Shown here in pieces: positions 63,856 through 64,000 of a stretch of 64,000 nucleotides of DNA (positions within the stretch are counted from its first letter, which is position 1; every line of letters begins with the position of its first letter). The notes under the pieces are model-generated. The model did not search any database. It was given only the letters and a program-made list of their open reading frames with translations, and was not told the origin of the DNA. This DNA is from a virus (Duplodnaviria > Caudoviricetes), in the IMG/VR virus record IMGVR_UViG_3300033121_001941, positions 1 to 64,000 of that record; one strand, written 5' to 3'. The position numbers were made by a program, and so were the translations under genes.

Positions 63856-64000
63856 TCTGACTCTTTTTCTTTGTTTTCTTCACTATCGTCAATTGAAATT
63901 TTATTTGCAATTAATAACAATGAATGTTTTGTTAGTTTAATATCAGATAAAAGTTGATGAACGACTGGATCATCAAATGTTACTGGCATTTCTGCCACGG
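63852..64000 (-). CDS. partial hypothetical protein (5' end outside window)
   Basis: Open frame ...MPVTFDDPVVHQLL...KESE, ATGA-coupled to the sigma gene. Confidence 0.55.
   Translation of the reverse strand, partial: VAEMPVTFDDPVVHQLLSDIKLTKHSLLLIANKISIDDSEENKEKESE

Noticed and set aside
1-64000. Stop-codon reassignment
   Set aside because: Genes over 1000 aa are intact in code 11, all three stops terminate genes, and no canonical CTA, TTA or TCA suppressor tRNA was found.

Overview
AT-rich fragment of a jumbo, T4-like/myovirus-type bacteriophage genome read in standard code 11. No rRNA, integrase or CRISPR array was seen. 1-43,460 is mostly + strand early/middle and accessory genes: four paralogous R-S-E ADP-ribosyltransferases, a HipA/PI3K-like kinase, a Zn deaminase, a GH5 endoglucanase, lipoproteins, a sigma70, a MoxR ATPase and vWA partner, DNA ligase, IMPDH/GMP reductase, SLOG, NADAR, PTH2 and RNA ligase 1. 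About 41 tRNA or tRNA-like genes covering all 20 amino acids are interleaved in this part. 43,475-60,967 is a - strand tail fibre/baseplate operon (gp5, gp25, gp6-like), followed by a gp55-like late sigma factor and a GIY-YIG endonuclease. The most striking unexplained signal is a non-coding module repeated 7 times between tRNA genes: outer stem, AGUAAC, variable insert, GUGAA, outer stem. It resembles a sarcin-ricin/loop-E motif and its flanking stems covary. In three copies the insert is a tRNA body with a 4-bp acceptor and an aberrant anticodon arm. All calls were made by eye from motifs; no database searches were run.
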